Below are positions 18,806 to 27,921 of a stretch of DNA of 64,000 bases, in pieces. Location: positions 175,122 to 239,121 of the forward strand of contig CAVRKD010000010.1 in assembly GCA_963722185.1 (NCBI GenBank). The letters run 5' to 3'. Made by a program: the position numbers and the translations under genes. The notes under the pieces were generated by a model, which did no database searches, was not told the DNA's origin, and was given only the letters and a program-made list of their open reading frames with translations. Position 1 is the stretch's first letter. Each line of letters opens with the position of its first letter. This stretch comes from an uncultured Actinomycetes bacterium. Its GTDB lineage: Bacteria > Actinomycetota > Acidimicrobiia > Acidimicrobiales > JACCXE01.

Positions 18806-20082
18806 CTAGGAGACGCCCACCTTCTTGGTCGGGGTAAAACGCACCGGGAGGCGCTTGATGCCGCCGACCAGCGGGATGCCGAACGCCTTCGAGCGGAACG
18901 GGATCGCCGGCGAGTTCGATGTCGGGCAGCCGCGTCAGCAGCTGACGGAACGCGACCGACAGTTCGCGGCGCGCCAGGTGCGCGCCGAGACAGAAGTGGG
19001 GGCCGGGTCCGCCGAAGCCGACGTGGTTGTTCGGCGAGCGCAGGACGTCGAAGCGCTCCGGGTCGTCGAAGACGCGCGGGTCGCGGTTGGCCGCGCCGTA
19101 GAGCAGCACGAGCTTGTCGCCTTCGGTGAAGTCGTGGCCCGACAGGGTCAGATCGTTCGTCACCGTGCGGCGCATGAAGGTGACCGGCGACGCCACGCGG
19201 ACGATCTCTTCGACCGCCGTCGGCGTGACGCCCTCGAGGTCGTCCTGCCAGATCTGGCGCTGATCGGGGTTCTGCGACAGCAGGTGCATGCCGTGGCTGA
19301 TCGCCGTGCGGGTGGTGTCGTTGCCGGCCACGGCCAGGAGGATGAAGAACGGCGGCGATCTCGTTGGGCGCGAGCATGTCCTCGCCGACGTCGGCGTTGA
19401 CCAGCAGCGAGGTGAGGTCGTTCGGTCGGGATTCTTGCGCCGCTCGTCGGCGAGCTCGTTCATGAGCTGCGATGAGCGCCATGCCCGCCTCGAACATGGC
19501 CGTCATGGGGTCCTTGCCCGCCATCATGTCGGGGTCGCCGCCGCCGAGGATGATGTTGGTCGCCTCGAGCACGGTCTGGAACTCGCTGCGCGGGATGCCC
19601 ATCATGTCGCAGATGATGAGCAGCGGGAACGGCTGCGACATCACCTGCGACGAGGTCGACCTCGCCCTCCTCGCAGAACGACGTCGATGACCTCGGTGCA
19701 GATCGTTTCGACCGAATCGAGGACGTGCTGGAGCTGCCGCGGCGTGAAGACGCGCGCGACGATGTCGCGCTGGCGGGCATGGCGGGGGTCGTCCATGTTG
19801 ATGAACGAACCGAAGAAGTCCATCGCCGCTTCGGGCATGTCCGGGATCGACACGGCGCCCTTGCCCGGAACAGAAGTCCTGAGGACGGCGGCTGATCTCG
19901 AGTACTTCGGCCATGCGCAGCACGAGGTCGAAGCTCTCCGTCAGGCCGCTCATCGGCATCGTGTACGAAGCGGAGTGGAACGGGCTCTGCTCGCGTAGTT
20001 CGGCGAAGGTCGCCATCCGGTCGGTGAGCGGCTGGCTCCAGAAGCCCGGCTCCGCGATGGGCGACGGCGCAATGTCAGTCAT
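18806..20082 (-). pseudogene. Cytochrome P450 (CYP124/125-like) pseudogene, multiply frameshifted
   Basis: The full-length P450 sequence is recoverable only by switching frames near 19858, 19677, 19645, 19468, 19415, 19351 and 18885. The pieces include FFGSFINMDDPRHA, PFPLLIICDMMGIP, FFILLAVAGNDTTR, FGGPGPHFCLGAHLARRE and GIPLVGGIKRLPVRF. Confidence 0.8.
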
Positions 20083-20136
20083 GGGACGGCACCATACTCT
20101 CGGGTATGTGCAACCCGCGGCGGGTACGGTCGCCAG

Positions 20137-21177
20137 GTGAGCGTGTTCGACCGCATCCGCGGTCACGAAGAGGTCGTCTTCTTCAACGATCCGCCGTCGG
20201 GCCTGCGCGCCATCGTGGCGATTTACTCGACGGCGCTCGGTCCCGCGCTCGGCGGAACGCGCTTTCTCCCGTACAAGAGCGACGAGGCGGCGCTTGACGA
20301 CGTGCTCAATCTGTCGCAAGCAATGGCGTACAAGTCAGCGTGTGCCGGCCTCGACCTCGGCGGCGGCAAGGGCGTGATCATCGGCGATCCCGCGCGCGAC
20401 AAGACCGAAGCGCTGCTCGAGGCATACGGCCGCTGCCTGCAGACGCTCGGCGGCCGGTACTACGCCGCGGCCGACGTCGGCACCTATGTGAAGGACATGG
20501 ACGTCATCGCCCGCCACTGCGACTTCGTCACCGGGCGCTCGGCCGCGGTGGGTGGGGCCGGCGACTCGTCGGTGTTGACTGCCGTCGGAGTGTTCGCGGC
20601 GATGCGCGCCGCGGCGCGACACGTCTGGGGAGAGCCGACCCTTCGTGGCCGCCGCGTCGGGATATCCGGCGTCGGCAAAGTCGGAGCGAAGCTCGCCGCC
20701 CATCTGCTCGACGACGGGGCGGTCGTCGTGGTGGCCGACGTGAACGCGGCCGCCGTCGAACGACTGCGGGCGCAGCACCCGCAGGTTGAGGTCGCGTCGA
20801 CGGAGGCGCTGGCGGCCGAGTCGCTCGACGTGTACTCGCCGAACGCGCTCGGCGGAGTCCTGACTCCCGGCGTCGCCGCCAAGCTCGCGGCACGCATCGT
20901 GTGCGGTGGCGCCAACAACCAATTGGCTGACGATTACGTCGCCCGCCAGATGGCCGAACGCGGCATCACCTACGTTCCGGACTTCGTCGCCAACGCCGGC
21001 GGTGTGATCCAAGTCGGCACCGAAGCCTGTGGCTACTCCGACGAAGACGCCCGCGCCAAGACAATGGCGATCTTCGACACGACCCAGTCCGTCCTCGCCG
21101 AAGCAGCAAGCGAAGGGCGATTGCCAACTGAGGTGGCCGAACGCCGAGCCGAACGGCGGATGCGCCCTCCAACCTGA
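20137..21177 (+). CDS. Leu/Val/Phe dehydrogenase (Glu/Leu/Phe/Val dehydrogenase family)
   Basis: 346 aa with LGPALGGTRF, GLDLGGGKGVI and the GVGKVG Rossmann motif. Confidence 0.85.
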   Translation: MSVFDRIRGHEEVVFFNDPPSGLRAIVAIYSTALGPALGGTRFLPYKSDEAALDDVLNLSQAMAYKSACAGLDLGGGKGVIIGDPARDKTEALLEAYGRCLQTLGGRYYAAADVGTYVKDMDVIARHCDFVTGRSAAVGGAGDSSVLTAVGVFAAMRAAARHVWGEPTLRGRRVGISGVGKVGAKLAAHLLDDGAVVVVADVNAAAVERLRAQHPQVEVASTEALAAESLDVYSPNALGGVLTPGVAAKLAARIVCGGANNQLADDYVARQMAERGITYVPDFVANAGGVIQVGTEACGYSDEDARAKTMAIFDTTQSVLAEAASEGRLPTEVAERRAERRMRPPT

Positions 21178-21189
21178 TAGGCAGATCGC

Positions 21190-22332
21190 ATGCGTACTGC
21201 TGCTACCGATCTCGTCGGCATCGACGTTCCGATCTTCGCCTTCAGCCACTGTCGCGACGTTGTCGCCGCCGTCACCAACGCCGGAGGGTGCGGTGTGCTC
21301 GGCGCCGTCGCCCATTCGCCTGAGCAGCTCGACATCGACCTGAGCTGGATCGAGGCGGAGGTCAAGGGCAAGCCGTTCGGTGTGGATCTGCTCGTCCCGC
21401 AAAAGTTCGCCGGCTCCGACCAGGGCGGCCTCGAGCGCGACGAACTGCGTGACTTGATCGACGACGAGCACAAGAACTTCGTCGACGACATCCTGCGCCG
21501 CTTCGACGTACCTCCGTTGCCCGAGCAACCCGGCCAGCCGCGCCGCGGCGGCGGTGGTCTGGGCATGCGCGTCGACGCCAAGAGCATGGCGCCGCTGCTC
21601 GACGTGTTGTTCGCGCACAAGACCAAGCTCGTGGCCTCGGCGCTGGGTCCTCCGCCGCCGCACTTCATCGAGCGCGCGCACGCGCAGGGCATTCCCGTCG
21701 CCGCGCTCGCCGGTGCGCTCGAACACGCCGAACGGCACAAGGCGGCCGGCGCCGACCTCATCGTCGCCCAGGGAACCGAAGCCGGGGGCCACACCGGGCA
21801 GGTGGCGACGATGGTGCTCGTGCCCGAGGTCGTCGACGCCGTTGCGCCCGTTCCGGTGTTGGCCGCCGGTGGTATCGGCCGTGGCCGGCAACTCGCGGCG
21901 GGAATGGCGCTCGGCGCCGACGGCGTGTGGTGCGGTTCGGTGTGGCTGACCACCGAGGAGGCGGAGACGCAGCCGGCGGTTAAGGAGAAGTTCCTCCAGG
22001 CGCGCTCGGCGGACACGATCCGTTCGAAGTCGATCACCGGCAAGCCGGCCCGGATGCTGCGCACCGCGTGGACCGACGAGTGGGAGCGCGCCGACGGCCC
22101 CGGTGCGTTGCCGATGCCGCTGCAGTCGATGCTCGTGGGCGAAGCGCTCGGCCGCATCCAGCGCGTGGCGACCAAGGAAGGGTCAGGGGCGAATCAGCTG
22201 GCCACCTACTTCGTCGGCCAGATCGTCGGCAGCATGAACACGGTGAAGCCGACGCGCCGCGTCGTGTTCGAGATGGTGGAGGAGTTCGTCGAGGCGGTCG
22301 AGCGCCTCAACCGGTTCGTCGAGTCGGAGTAA
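21190..22332 (+). CDS. Nitronate monooxygenase (NMO/2-nitropropane dioxygenase) family protein
   Basis: 380 aa with VPIFAFSH..VTNAGGCGVLG, GTEAGGHTG and VLAAGGIGRG. Confidence 0.85.
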   Translation: MRTAATDLVGIDVPIFAFSHCRDVVAAVTNAGGCGVLGAVAHSPEQLDIDLSWIEAEVKGKPFGVDLLVPQKFAGSDQGGLERDELRDLIDDEHKNFVDDILRRFDVPPLPEQPGQPRRGGGGLGMRVDAKSMAPLLDVLFAHKTKLVASALGPPPPHFIERAHAQGIPVAALAGALEHAERHKAAGADLIVAQGTEAGGHTGQVATMVLVPEVVDAVAPVPVLAAGGIGRGRQLAAGMALGADGVWCGSVWLTTEEAETQPAVKEKFLQARSADTIRSKSITGKPARMLRTAWTDEWERADGPGALPMPLQSMLVGEALGRIQRVATKEGSGANQLATYFVGQIVGSMNTVKPTRRVVFEMVEEFVEAVERLNRFVESE

Positions 22333-23378
22333 TGGTCGGAATCCCCGCGTCGATCGATGCAGTCACGGCCCAGTGGCTGGCGGAGGTCACCGGGTTCGAC
22401 GTGCAGTCGATCCGCGCGGAACAGATCGGCGCTGGCATCGGCGTGAGCAGCGCGCTGTATCGCGTCGCCCTGACGGGCAACGGTTGCCCGGCGACAGTGA
22501 TCGTGAAGCTGCCGGCACTCGACGAGGCGGCGGTGTTCACGTCGACGATTCTCCGCATGTACATCCGCGAGGTCGCGTTCTTCAACGAGCTGGCATCGGA
22601 GTCACCCGTGCGCGTGCCGCAGGGTTACTACGCGGCGGTCGACGAGGAGACGAGCCAGTTCGTCGCCGTGATGGAAGACATGGGCGCCATGCGCATCGTC
22701 GACCAGGTGCTGGGCATGACGTTGCCCGACGCCGAACGGGCGGTGGACGCGCTGGCGTCGTGGCACGCCACCTGGTGGGGCAAGGGCGACGACCTGGCGG
22801 CACGCGGGTTGACGGTGAGTCTCGCCGACCCGATCTACCCGGCGATCCTGCCGATGGTGTTCGACGAGGGGTGGCAGAAGGTGACCGGGGCAATGGACGT
22901 CGCCCCGCAGATTCACCGCGTCGCCGGAGGCTTCACTGCCGCCGTGCCCGGGTTGCTGGCTGACCTCAGTCGCGGGCCCAACACGATGGTCCACGGCGAC
23001 TATCGCGGCGACAACATCCTGTTCGCCGCCGACGACTCCGTCGTCGTGCTCGACTTTCAACTCATCGGGACCGGCCTCGGCGCTTACGACCTCGCTTACC
23101 TGGTGACGCAAAGCCTTGAGCCCGACGTCGCTGCTACGGGCGAGCGCGATCTCTTCGAGCGGTGGAAGGCGGGACTGCTGTCGGCTGGCGTGTCAGCCGA
23201 CGACCTCGCCGATGCCTGGGAGGACTATCGCAAGGCGGCGCTGTTCTGCGTCGTGTACCCGATCGTGGCCAGCCGCGGCATGGACCTCGACGACCAGCGC
23301 CAGCGTGATCTCGTCAACGTGATGAACGCCCGGTTCGTACGCGCCGCCGACGAACTCAACCTCGCCGACCTGCTCTAG
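22332..23378 (+). CDS. Phosphotransferase (EcKinase/DUF1679-like) family protein
   Basis: The ATG at 22332 overlaps the upstream TAA. It contains HGDYRGDNILF and VLDFQLIG. The upstream part of ORF 22068.. is out-of-gene read-through. Confidence 0.8.
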   Translation: MVGIPASIDAVTAQWLAEVTGFDVQSIRAEQIGAGIGVSSALYRVALTGNGCPATVIVKLPALDEAAVFTSTILRMYIREVAFFNELASESPVRVPQGYYAAVDEETSQFVAVMEDMGAMRIVDQVLGMTLPDAERAVDALASWHATWWGKGDDLAARGLTVSLADPIYPAILPMVFDEGWQKVTGAMDVAPQIHRVAGGFTAAVPGLLADLSRGPNTMVHGDYRGDNILFAADDSVVVLDFQLIGTGLGAYDLAYLVTQSLEPDVAATGERDLFERWKAGLLSAGVSADDLADAWEDYRKAALFCVVYPIVASRGMDLDDQRQRDLVNVMNARFVRAADELNLADLL

Positions 23379-24253
23379 TGCCGACCATGGATGAAGTGCG
23401 CGCCTTCGTGCGGCTGCATCTCAAGCAGCGCGCGTATGACTATCCGGCGCCCGACGAGGGACTCGGCGTTGTCCCCTTGGGCTACGAGCCGGAGCTGTTC
23501 GAGAAATCGGTGCGGGCGTTCGGCGACCGCTACGACGTAGTCGAAGAAGCGCAGATGGCGTACCGCGACACGGTACGACCGATCTTCTCGGTGTCCTCGC
23601 GTACGCCTGCTCCGGCGAAGCGTCTGCTCATCGTGTCCGGGATTCACGGCAACGAGCAGGCGGGCATCGTGGCGGTGCCGGAGATCCTCGAGCGCTACGA
23701 CCGCGACGGGACCGTGGCGCTGCGGATCCTTACGCCGGTAAACCCGATCGGCGCCGCCGAGCTATCCCGCTTCAACGCCGACGGGTACGACATCAACCGC
23801 GACTTCATCCGTTTCCGCACCGAAGAAGCGCAGCTGGTCCGTCGCACCTGCGACGACTTTCAGCCTGACTTCGTGCTCTCGTTGCACGAAGGTCCGCAGG
23901 ACGCGGCGTTCGTGTTCGCCAACCGTCATGTCGACGTCGAGCTGGCGAAGCGACTCTTGGCCGCGCTCGAAGCAGGCGGCACGACGCTCGCTACCAAGGA
24001 CTACTTCGGTTTGCCGCTGCGGCCACCGGGCTTGTCAGCTTCGAGTCCGTTCCAGCGCGCGATCCTGCGCGCCTGGGAAGCCGGGTTCAAGATGCGGGCG
24101 GTCAACGAGTTCGCCGCCGACCGTGGCATTCCCGAGATAACGCTCGAAAGCGGCTGGCGGAGTAGCGACGGCGCCGCCCGGGTGCGCGCCCATGTCGATC
24201 TCACGCTGGCGCTGCGCCAAGAGCTCGCGCACCTGGGCGACGCACACCGCTGA
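23378..24253 (+). CDS. M14-like zinc peptidase / succinylglutamate desuccinylase-aspartoacylase family protein
   Basis: 291 aa with the SGIHGNEQAG (HxxE zinc site) and DINRDF motifs. Confidence 0.65.
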   Translation: MPTMDEVRAFVRLHLKQRAYDYPAPDEGLGVVPLGYEPELFEKSVRAFGDRYDVVEEAQMAYRDTVRPIFSVSSRTPAPAKRLLIVSGIHGNEQAGIVAVPEILERYDRDGTVALRILTPVNPIGAAELSRFNADGYDINRDFIRFRTEEAQLVRRTCDDFQPDFVLSLHEGPQDAAFVFANRHVDVELAKRLLAALEAGGTTLATKDYFGLPLRPPGLSASSPFQRAILRAWEAGFKMRAVNEFAADRGIPEITLESGWRSSDGAARVRAHVDLTLALRQELAHLGDAHR

Positions 24254-24255
24254 GC

Positions 24256-24492
24256 TCAGTCCGCCGGCAGAGCTGCGAAGTCCTTCTTCGTTTGCCGGTA
24301 CCAGCCCATGCCCTTGAGCGGGTTCTTCCATCGGGCCTGCATCGCCGTCAGCGCTGACGCATGCGTTTCGTCGCCGGCGGCGACCGCGTCCTTGAGGTGC
24401 TTGTCTTGCGCTTTGATCACGTCGTTCGCGCTCTGGCCGTGAAACGCCAAGTCGCAGGGTCCGCCCATTTGTTTGCAGGTCATTGTCTTCAT
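24256..24492 (-). CDS. DUF1059 domain-containing small protein
   Basis: 78 aa. MKTMTCKQMGGPCDLAFHG... matches the DUF1059 N-terminal Cys pattern. Confidence 0.7.
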   Translation of the reverse strand: MKTMTCKQMGGPCDLAFHGQSANDVIKAQDKHLKDAVAAGDETHASALTAMQARWKNPLKGMGWYRQTKKDFAALPAD

Positions 24493-24602
24493 GCGTGCAG
24501 TGTGAACTCCGTCGGGCGCTGTGGCTTCTCGATTCCTGACCGACCATTACTTCGGAAGTACGTGGCCTCGCCGTTGTCTTGCAGTGGGTGCAAAACCGCC
24601 GC

Positions 24603-25346
24603 TTAGTAGATCGGTCCGCCGGCGATCGCGTCTCGGCAACGATCGCAGCCCGGACTCCCGCACATCGTGATTCGCGGCTCGGCGCGGACGGCCGCGGTGG
24701 CGGCGGCCAGCGTGTCGGCGGCGTCGTAGACCTGCCAGCCTTCGTCGGATTCGGAGCTGGCGAGCGCGTCGTCGAATGCGTCGAAACCTTCGGAGCACCC
24801 GCCGGCCAGCACGCCCGTCGGGATGCCCGCGGCGTCGTGCGCCCAGCGGACGAACGGCTCGCGGCCGGCGGTTTGCTCGGCGAGATGCAGCAGTGTCATC
24901 GACGTGAGGCCGACGCCGGCGAGCACGACGCGCCCGCCGCTCGTTGCGAGCTCACGCAGCGGTGCGAACGGGTCGCGGTCGGACTGGGTCGCGATCAACG
25001 TGGCGGCGTCAGGCCCGAGCGTGGTGAACGACACGAGTGGGTGGTTGCCGCGCACCCGCTCGGCCCGCTCTAAGACGAGCCGCGGGAGCACGCCCATGTC
25101 CGCGTCGATCTCGTTCGACTGGGGCGTGAAGCGACGCTCGTGCGGCGCGCGATACGGACCTGGTCCCATACCGTTTCGTTCGGGGACGGGGTCGGTCGGC
25201 GGAAGCGCGAAGGCGTCCCACGAGAAGGTCGGCACCAACAGCGTGTAGCCGTTGGCCAGGAACCGGTCGATTACGGCGTTGCCGTCTTGCCCGATCGCGC
25301 GTAGCGACGCGTGCAGGCAAACGACGCCGCCGTCACCCCGTTTCAC
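24603..25346 (-). CDS. AAC(3)-family (Antibiotic_NAT-like) N-acetyltransferase
   Basis: The GTG at 25346 lies within ORF 24603..25673. It has VVCLHASLRAIG...LLVPTFSW and a C-terminal Cys cluster (CGSPGCDRC). The assignment is by motif only. Confidence 0.6.
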   Translation of the reverse strand: MKRGDGGVVCLHASLRAIGQDGNAVIDRFLANGYTLLVPTFSWDAFALPPTDPVPERNGMGPGPYRAPHERRFTPQSNEIDADMGVLPRLVLERAERVRGNHPLVSFTTLGPDAATLIATQSDRDPFAPLRELATSGGRVVLAGVGLTSMTLLHLAEQTAGREPFVRWAHDAAGIPTGVLAGGCSEGFDAFDDALASSESDEGWQVYDAADTLAAATAAVRAEPRITMCGSPGCDRCRDAIAGGPIY

Positions 25347-25392
25347 GCACCGAAATGTACGCCAAATCTGCCGTCTGACCTGCGAAAATATC

Positions 25393-25421
25393 TTGATTCC
25401 GAACGTGTGTTCGGGTAGAAT
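25393..25421 (+). promoter_or_regulatory. Near-consensus sigma-70-type promoter (TTGATT - 17 nt - TAGAAT)
   Basis: The -35 box TTGATT is at 25393-25398 and the -10 box TAGAAT is at 25416-25421. The 17-nt spacer contains the palindrome CCGAACGTGTGTTCGG. It sits in a locally AT-richer tract about 70 nt upstream of the HNH gene start. Confidence 0.5.
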
Positions 25422-25491
25422 GAAGTCCGTATCGCAGCCCGTCAGACGGCCGCCTCCCAAGCGAATGTTTCTTCGTGTTGGAGGTAGTCGT

Positions 25492-26696
25492 ATGCCTGTG
25501 TCCGAGACCGAAGCCGGCCGCGAGTTGGTGGCCGAGTGGCGCCACATCGACGAGTGCACCGTGGCGTGGGTGCTGAAGTTGGCGGAGTTCGATCGCGACT
25601 CGTTGTGGGCTCTCGACGGGTTCGGCACGTGCCAGTCGTGGCTGGAGATCAAATGCCAGATGGCGCGCCGCACCGCATTCGAGAAGGTGCGCGTCGCGCA
25701 CGAACTTGAGCGTCGACCCCTCGTGCGCGAAGCGTTCGCCGCAGGTCTTCTGCCGTACTCGAAGGCTCGGGTGCTAACGCGGCTCGACGGGCTAAATGAC
25801 GAACGCGACGAGAAGTTCGTCGCTGACGCGGCGGACAGTTCGATACGTGTGCTCGAGAACCGGGTGAAGAACTGGAACTACTTCAACGGCGACGACAAGG
25901 CGCCCGGACATCGACGACCACTACGGGCTGCGCCGCGTGCCCGGGTTCATGGACGGCTACGGCCAACTCGAGATCGAGGCGCCCAACGACCTGCTCGACC
26001 GGATCGTCGGCATCGTCGACGCCTACGGCAACTTCCTCGTCCATAACCGCCCCACCCAGTTGCGACTCAAGCCTGTGGATGAGTGTCCCGTGGACACTCA
26101 TCCACAGGACGGCTCCGAAGAACTCCCCAAACGGCCGACCTCGGCCCGCCGACTCGACCTGCTCGTCGACCTCATGGAAGAGATCGCGCTCGTCGAACGC
26201 CGACCAGATCGATCCCGAAACCGCGGCGATCGGCATCACCATCGCCTACGAAGACCTCATCCAGAACCGCCGGGTCCTCACGTTGACCGACCAGGAATCG
26301 ACCCTCACCGGTGAGGCGGTGCGCCGGCTGTGCTGCGACGCCGGCATCCACCGCCTGGTCATCCAAGGCGTCTCCGAATTCTTAGACATCGGCCGCAAAA
26401 CCCGCACCTGGACCACCGCCCAACGCCGCGCCATCCGCGCCCGGCACCACCACCGCTGCGCCGCGGGCGGCTGCCGCCGCCGCATCACCCACATCCACCA
26501 CCTCGAATGGTGGGAAAACGGCGGCGACACCTCCGTCGAAAACGGCGTACCGCTGTGCTCCTACCACCACCACCTCGTCCACGAAAGCGGCTGGACCATC
26601 ACCTTCAACCCCCACACCGGCCTCACCCGCATGGAAGGACCCGCCGGCCAAACCCTCGAATCACACGCCAACCTCCAACGAACGGCCGCCGCGTAG
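25492..26696 (+). pseudogene. DUF222 / HNH endonuclease (REP13E12-like), two frameshifts
   Basis: The ATG at 25492 follows a GGAGGT site. The DUF222 N-terminus is read in frame A, the middle (DIDDHYGLRRVPGFMDGYGQLEIEAP) in frame B from about 25905, and the HNH C-terminus in frame C from about 26198. The HNH part reads ARRLCCDAGIH..., HHHRCAAGGC, HIHHLEWWENGGDT and LCSYHHHLVH. Confidence 0.75.
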
Positions 26697-26698
26697 TC

Positions 26699-27898
26699 CT
26701 ACGCGGTAACGCTGATTGGCAGAGTCCGCGGGCCGCGCACTTGCCCGGCCGACCACGTCACCGCGCTCGGGTCGGCGAGTGTGAATTCGGGGAACGCGGC
26801 GAGCCACTCTTCGAGCGCGATCCGCATTTCCATGCGCGCCAGGTGCGAACCGGCGCAGCGGTGGATGCCGAGGCCGAAGGCGGCGTGGCGGTTGGGCTCG
26901 CGGTCGATGAGCACCTCGTCGGCGCGGTCGAAGAACTCTGGGTCGCGGTTCGCCGCCGGGAAGGACAGCAGGACCCACTCCTCGGCCTTCATCGGGCAGC
27001 CCTTGAAGTCGAAGTCGTCCTTGACCAGGCGCGCCATCGTGACCGGGGAGTAGGCGCGCAAAAACTCTTCGATGGCGGTGGGCAGCAACTCCGGTTCGGC
27101 GGCGAGCCGCGCCCGGTCGGCCTGGGTCTGGGCCAGGTGCCAGATCGACGAACCGATCGCGCTCCACGTCGTGTCGATGCCCGCGAGCAGTAGCAGCGCG
27201 ACGGTGCGTCCAACGTGGAAGGGGTTGAGTTTTTCGCCGCCGATCTCGGACGCCAGCAGCAGGCTGATCAAGTCGTCCTGTGGCTCGCGCATGCGCTCTT
27301 CGATCTTCGGCATGAGGTACTCGAACAGCGACTGGAAGCCGACGACGCGTTCTTCGAGCGGCAGCGCCACACCTTCGAGAACCGCATGGACGAAGCCCCG
27401 GAACTTGTCGGCGTCGGTCTCGGGCAGGCCGAGCATGTTGGCGATCACGCGCACCGGGATGTGCTGCGCGTAGTCAGCCGCCGCGTCGACGACGTCGCGG
27501 CCGCGCAGCTCGTCGAGCAGTTCGCGGCAGTAGGCGCGCGTCGACGGTTCGAGTTCGGCGATGCGTTGGGGTGAGAAGACCGGCAGCAGGATGCGGCGGG
27601 CGTCGGCGTGGAACGGCGGGTCCGAAGAGATCGGCGGAGCGATGCCCTGCGGCGCCAACTCCAGCGGTGGCCGGTGGTTGGTCACGATGATCGTGCGCGA
27701 CGTGAAGTGCTCGGTGTCGTTGGCGATCGCGGTCACGTCGGCGTGGCGGGTCGGCAGCCACACCCCGCCATAGCGATCCGAGTGGGCGACGGGGCACGTC
27801 TCGCGCAACTCGTCCAGGATCGGATATGGGTCCGCTACCCAGGTCGGGTCCGTGTGGTCGAAATCGGTCGCCCAGTCCGTCACCGCTTCGTTGGCCAT
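26699..27898 (-). CDS. Cytochrome P450
   Basis: 399 aa with the heme loop FGLGIHRCAGSHLAR and an AGIDTT I-helix. Confidence 0.9.
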   Translation of the reverse strand: MANEAVTDWATDFDHTDPTWVADPYPILDELRETCPVAHSDRYGGVWLPTRHADVTAIANDTEHFTSRTIIVTNHRPPLELAPQGIAPPISSDPPFHADARRILLPVFSPQRIAELEPSTRAYCRELLDELRGRDVVDAAADYAQHIPVRVIANMLGLPETDADKFRGFVHAVLEGVALPLEERVVGFQSLFEYLMPKIEERMREPQDDLISLLLASEIGGEKLNPFHVGRTVALLLLAGIDTTWSAIGSSIWHLAQTQADRARLAAEPELLPTAIEEFLRAYSPVTMARLVKDDFDFKGCPMKAEEWVLLSFPAANRDPEFFDRADEVLIDREPNRHAAFGLGIHRCAGSHLARMEMRIALEEWLAAFPEFTLADPSAVTWSAGQVRGPRTLPISVTA

Positions 27899-27921
27899 TC
27901 GCAGGAACCTAGACCGTTACT

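Noticed and set aside
20335-22175. Long minus-strand ORFs (20335..21891 and 21033..22175) overlap the Leu dehydrogenase and NMO genes.
   Set aside because: They have Arg/Ala/Gly-rich shadow-frame composition. The plus-strand frames carry complete, well-known enzyme motifs.
18806-22332. I considered a segmental duplication, because a P450 followed by an NMO gene occurs both at 18.8-22.3 kb and at 62.2-64 kb.
   Set aside because: The two P450s are close paralogues, but the two NMO proteins differ strongly in their N-terminal sequences. Orientation and intervening genes also differ, so only the P450 was duplicated.
24548-24560. A 6-1-6 palindrome, TACTTCGGAAGTA, lies upstream of the DUF1059 gene.
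   Set aside because: It is too short to separate from chance without conservation data. It is noted only as a possible operator.
25369-25378. GCCGTCTGAC resembles the Neisseria DNA uptake sequence (GCCGTCTGAA).
   Set aside because: There is a single occurrence plus its inverted partner, in a high-GC actinobacterial context. A 9/10 match of a 10-mer is not meaningful, and it is better explained as one arm of a local inverted repeat.
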